Source: Rhodosorus marinus CCMP1338
Lineage: Eukaryota; Plantae; Rhodophyta
Assembly: GCA_029953675.1 (NCBI GenBank)
Contig: JAMWBK010000002.1
Span: 434,001 to 498,000 of the forward strand
Length of the DNA stretch: 64,000 bases
Direction of reading: 5' to 3'
This document shows positions 60,195-64,000 of the stretch, piece after piece. Positions within the stretch are counted from its first letter, which is position 1; each line of letters opens with the position of its first letter. The position numbers and the translations under genes are program-made. The notes beneath the pieces are model-generated. The model searched no databases. It was not told the DNA's origin and saw nothing but the letters and a program-made list of their open reading frames with translations.

Positions 60195-63100
60195 CTATTT
60201 GAACATCACAGGACGGGCCTTAAAGACTAGGCTCTTCCTGTACTCCGCAAGCTCGTGCTCTTCCCTCCTCTGCTGCTCAAGAAGCAGCTTTTCTCTATAG
60301 GCCGCCTGTTCTTCTTCTTGGGCAAGCTTGTATTCCTCCCGCTCAAGCCTGGGCAAACGAGACAAAAGAAAGCGACAGCAACACAACATTCAGGGAAAAG
60401 AAAACTAGAGATTCATGTCGGTGTTGAAGTGGACTCTGGAATCCCCGTCGCACCTTCCAGCAGCTCGCTTGTCAGAATGCAACGTGACAGGAAGTAGATT
60501 CTCCGTATTCCTCGTCTGAATCTCCGGCTTCCATACTTTGTTCAGATCTGGAAGTGGACGTGCGTGGAAGCATCTCTTATCCCTCTTCTCAGCCTCCTCC
60601 TGATCTATGTGGCTTTCGAAGCTGTCCTTTGAAAGCTTATGAAGTTCCTCCGAGATCAAGTTGAATGGAGTTGGCACCGTAGCAGGTCTGGCCTAAGGAC
60701 GTCATCATCGGCACATAGGAATTTGAGCTTCAGTACTCTGCTCTACTTGAATTCGGAAACTAGCATCGCAGTCCGTACCTTCACCGAAGGCAGTTCTTTC
60801 TTCACATTCGGCACCTTTCTGGCTCGGAAACCTCGTTTTGGAGAATCTTCTTCGCGTCCAACGGGTTTTCTGTGGTTTGTTTCGCTTAGCCTGAAGGGTT
60901 CGGGAGAAGTAACCTTTGGTGCAACCTTTGGAATCATTTCCGACTGCCTGTAGCGCGGCATTGGGCGCGCCTTGTGCTTGCGGCTTGGTGCTTCTGAAGT
61001 CTCTGGCGCCTCAACTTTCCTATAGGACAAGGATTGAGAAAGTCTGGGCGGATTCGCAACCGTGTGACCAGTCCATCTCCGCCTCGGTTTGGCTCTAGTA
61101 TCCTGCTCAATCTGCAGGTCGAATATCTGCATTAGAATCGTAAGAATTTGGGGTTGCACAGTTCTTTGTTTGAACGGAAGCTGATTCACCTTTTGTGCTG
61201 GAGCCTCCTCCGTCTGTCTCGCCGCTGCTCTACTTCTGGTGTGGAGGTTTGGCGTCTTGGCAGCCGTTATAGGCATTCTGACTCCTGTCCTCTTCTCAAC
61301 GGCTTGCTTGGGTTTGGATTCGGGTCTTGTCCCCTGTCTTGACACAATTTGCAGCTCAGAGCTTTCTCGATCACTCCGAAAACCGGTTCTTTCAGCCGCG
61401 CGCTTGCTAGTTCGAAAGTTTGGTGTTCTGGAAGCAGTCAGCGGCCGTGTTGGAGGGGCTTTCCTCGGCACAGCAGTGTCATTTGCAATGACTCGCTCGT
61501 AAGACGTTTGGGTCCGCGCTCGGAGTTCTTGGAATCGTCTTTTAGCCAGTTGGATAGATTCCAACTGCATGGACTCATAGCTTCTCAGGTTTGCATTTCT
61601 GCTTCTTGTATGGGACACCAAAGCTGGTGTTTTCGGGACCGTAACGGAGGACTCCCTCGGTTTCGGCGGTTGGGACGTTTTCATCGGAATTTTCGGTGGC
61701 GTAGTCGTCTTCTCAACCCGTCGCCTCGTTGTTAGGAAGGGGGATTTGGGAACAGTTAAATAGCGACTATTTTGCACCGATGAATTCGCGGTTGTTCGTA
61801 TAGCAGCCTCTCTTGAAATCCTCGAATGCTTTTCATCTTGCTCCACGCTGCTTTGCAGGACGCGCCTAGCTCTCATCGAAGTACGTAGGAGCGGGGCCTC
61901 CGGAACAGTAAAACCATTCAGAGCGGTCGGGACATCTCTGGTATACCGAGAATTGTCTCCTTCCTTTCTTGGAGACCCTCTTTTCTCAGTCCCCATTTTT
62001 TCTGGGCTGTTGCGGCCTTCCTCAATAAACATGCGCGGACTCTCAACCTTATGCCTTTCTGAAGCCACGATAGAGTCTGATAATAGCCCCCCTTTCCCCT
62101 TATCAAGTTCGGTAGTATCCACTACAATACTTTCATTAATACCAGCAACAGTACCTTCTTGACTACCATCTTCTTCATCCCCGGACTGACTAGTTGATGG
62201 TGGAACACCACGCAGAGGACCTCCCGATAGTATTCCTTCGCCGTCCTTATCGGTTTCTTCTGCAGGAGTCACCGTTGAGATATTTTCAGAGACCACCTTC
62301 GAGTAAACTTTCTGATCAGATTTCTCTTTGTGGTCGCATCCCGGTTCATCTTTTTTCGCGTCCTCCAGACAACTTTCCGGCAGTTTATTTGCCTTCTCGA
62401 AACGGGTGTCCCTTGAAGGTGTCGCGTATTTGGTAGGTTTTGAGCTGCAACGATCGCCAAGTACACAATCAAATAGCTTTTCGTCAGCTAGCCCTGTTTT
62501 GATTTGTTTGATGCCATCCAGTTCTCTTACTATCTCCTCATAAAGTCTATCTTCTTCAAGAGCCTCTGCGTCAATAGTCTCGGACGAACCCAGGGCGTCC
62601 TCGGTTTGGTTATTGGATTCCATTTCAGCATGAGATCTGGGTTCACGTGCGGCTGGATTCAGAGGGCCTTTGGACTCTGTTGTTCCCTCTTCAAGGGTTG
62701 ATACAAGCACGGGAGTCACCTCTTCGATATTCTTGCGCTCAGCTGCCGCATCAACGCTCTGATCGAGTTCCTCTTCAGGCTCGACGTGAGCTTCGGACTG
62801 CGTTCGTCGTTCTTCAAACAAGGATTCTTTTACAGGGCTCCAATGATCTTGATATCCGTTCGCACCTGACGCATTTCCTTCATTTTCAAGCCATGCCCCT
62901 GAGCTCGCTTTACAAATTGCGTGTTGGCCATCTGCGCCACTCGAATGTGAGACCACAGCCGAATCCTCGCGGAGTCTCTCAACAGCACTTTCATTCGGGA
63001 CGGCCTTCACGATTGCAGCACTAATGTCTTTCTCAATGAGCTTCTGCTCGATATGCTCTCCTTCAGCGACATCCGCTGCCTTCTTGAAGCTAGGTTCGCC

Positions 63101-63478
63101 TCTAACAATTGTGGGTTCGAGATCATCATCGCTAAGCGTTTCCCGACCACTACCCTGCAAGCTCGAAATCCTCTCCAGAGGATTCATACGTGCTTTTTTC
63201 TGTAGTTCAGGTGAATCTAGTACCGATTCCAAGTCGTCTACCGACATTTCCGCCTCCGCGTATCTCGCGAAATCAACATCCTCCTCTTCCCGCACGTCCG
63301 AACCAGGCGAGTTGAAGAAACCATTGTGGCTTGGGCCCCGCTCGATCATAGAATACCGTGTGTTCGTGTATTTTTCATCCGACTTACGCTTGGCCAGCTC
63401 GGCCTTTGTACTCAGCTGCTCTAATTGTCCATGACCAGCGACCGTATCCATTCTTCGAGACCGCGCAAAACCATTCAA
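60195..63478 (-). CDS. TPX2: TPX2-like microtubule-associated protein; 3 exons (about 63478-60779, 60692-60453, 60353-60195)
   Basis: Repeated T-x-P-x-x-P-x-L/F motifs (TVPEAPLLRT, TVPKSPFLTT, TSPEPFRL, TVPTPFNL), FRARKVP, FHARPLPD and the C-terminal AEYRKSLVFKARP of the TPX2_C domain. Confidence 0.82.
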
Positions 63479-64000
63479 AATTTCAGCTCACGCAGAGCAA
63501 GCTTCCTGAAATCACCCTCACGACTCGGCTGAGAGAGAAACTCCGTTCACAAACCTCAGTAGTGGGCGAGTCACGGAACATACATCATCACTGCCCACCT
63601 CCGTCTAGCCCACCAAGAGAACCCTACGATCGAAAGCCTTCATATCCTGATTCTGCCGTTATTAGCCATTTTAAATTTAAAGTTGTCCAAAAGTTTTACC
63701 AAAAACCAATCCAAAATAGTCATCGGAACAATTAAAAAGTTGGGCTGATAAGAAAATTCATTTCTGATTCAATACTTCTGATTGAAATTGAACTGCGGGG
63801 GAGTCGCGAGGGAGTCCTCTGAATCATCACTACATTGAAAGTTCGTAAGGCGGGAAAGTGATCATCCTTATCAACAGGGAGGTGCACATGAGAGTCGCCC
63901 ACCAGTCAGTTCAAGTCATCAGCTGGACGAGTCCAGCCCGCTCCATTGGGACCTTTTTTTTTAGGGTACAACTGCCCTTCTGAACCAGTCTCTGGAATTC

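Noticed and set aside
126-63434. Long antisense ORFs overlapping PREP, SMC4, TPX2 and others
   Set aside because: They are shadow frames of codon-biased genes, with no independent motifs.
1-64000. tRNA/rRNA genes, U12-type introns, introner-like repeated introns, stop-codon reassignment
   Set aside because: I saw no cloverleaf or T-loop consensus. GTATCCTT-like strings are not at intron starts. The introns I compared share no sequence, and all identified genes use standard stops.

Overview
Eukaryotic nuclear DNA with short (about 50-120 nt) GT-AG introns and the standard code. It is probably a unicellular red alga; this is an inference from the Phe-containing N-terminal leaders (MIGFVS, MSAFVL), the PBL-like TALE homeobox and the kynurenine-pathway HAAO gene. 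Gene-dense blocks hold about 18 recognisable protein genes: presequence protease, bZIP-PAS factor, RBM22, USP12/46-like, HemW/RSAD1-like radical SAM, PDCD5, HAAO, SAM-DUF202 membrane protein, ZGRF1-like helicase, CRT-like transporter, signal-peptide J-protein, PHO80/U-type cyclin, CorA, DCC1/DUF393, TALE homeobox, SMC4 and TPX2-like. There is also one U6 snRNA gene. Three gene-poor islands (about 4.8-10.0, 32.0-38.9 and 39.6-46.4 kb) contain low-complexity DNA, local repeats and decayed coding sequence. Two Ty3/Gypsy pol fossils lie at about 7.8-9.6 kb and 49.4-49.9 kb. The best leads are a bZIP factor whose C-terminus fits a PAS fold without the LOV motif, a U6 gene lacking its immediate oligo-T terminator and followed by a long hairpin, a SAM-DUF202 fusion, a recurrent inverted ATCAGTC motif, and a 49-bp inverted repeat downstream of SMC4. 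No prokaryote-type system (CRISPR, operon, defence island) is supported. Exon boundaries were read by eye, and domain names come from motif recognition rather than database searches.
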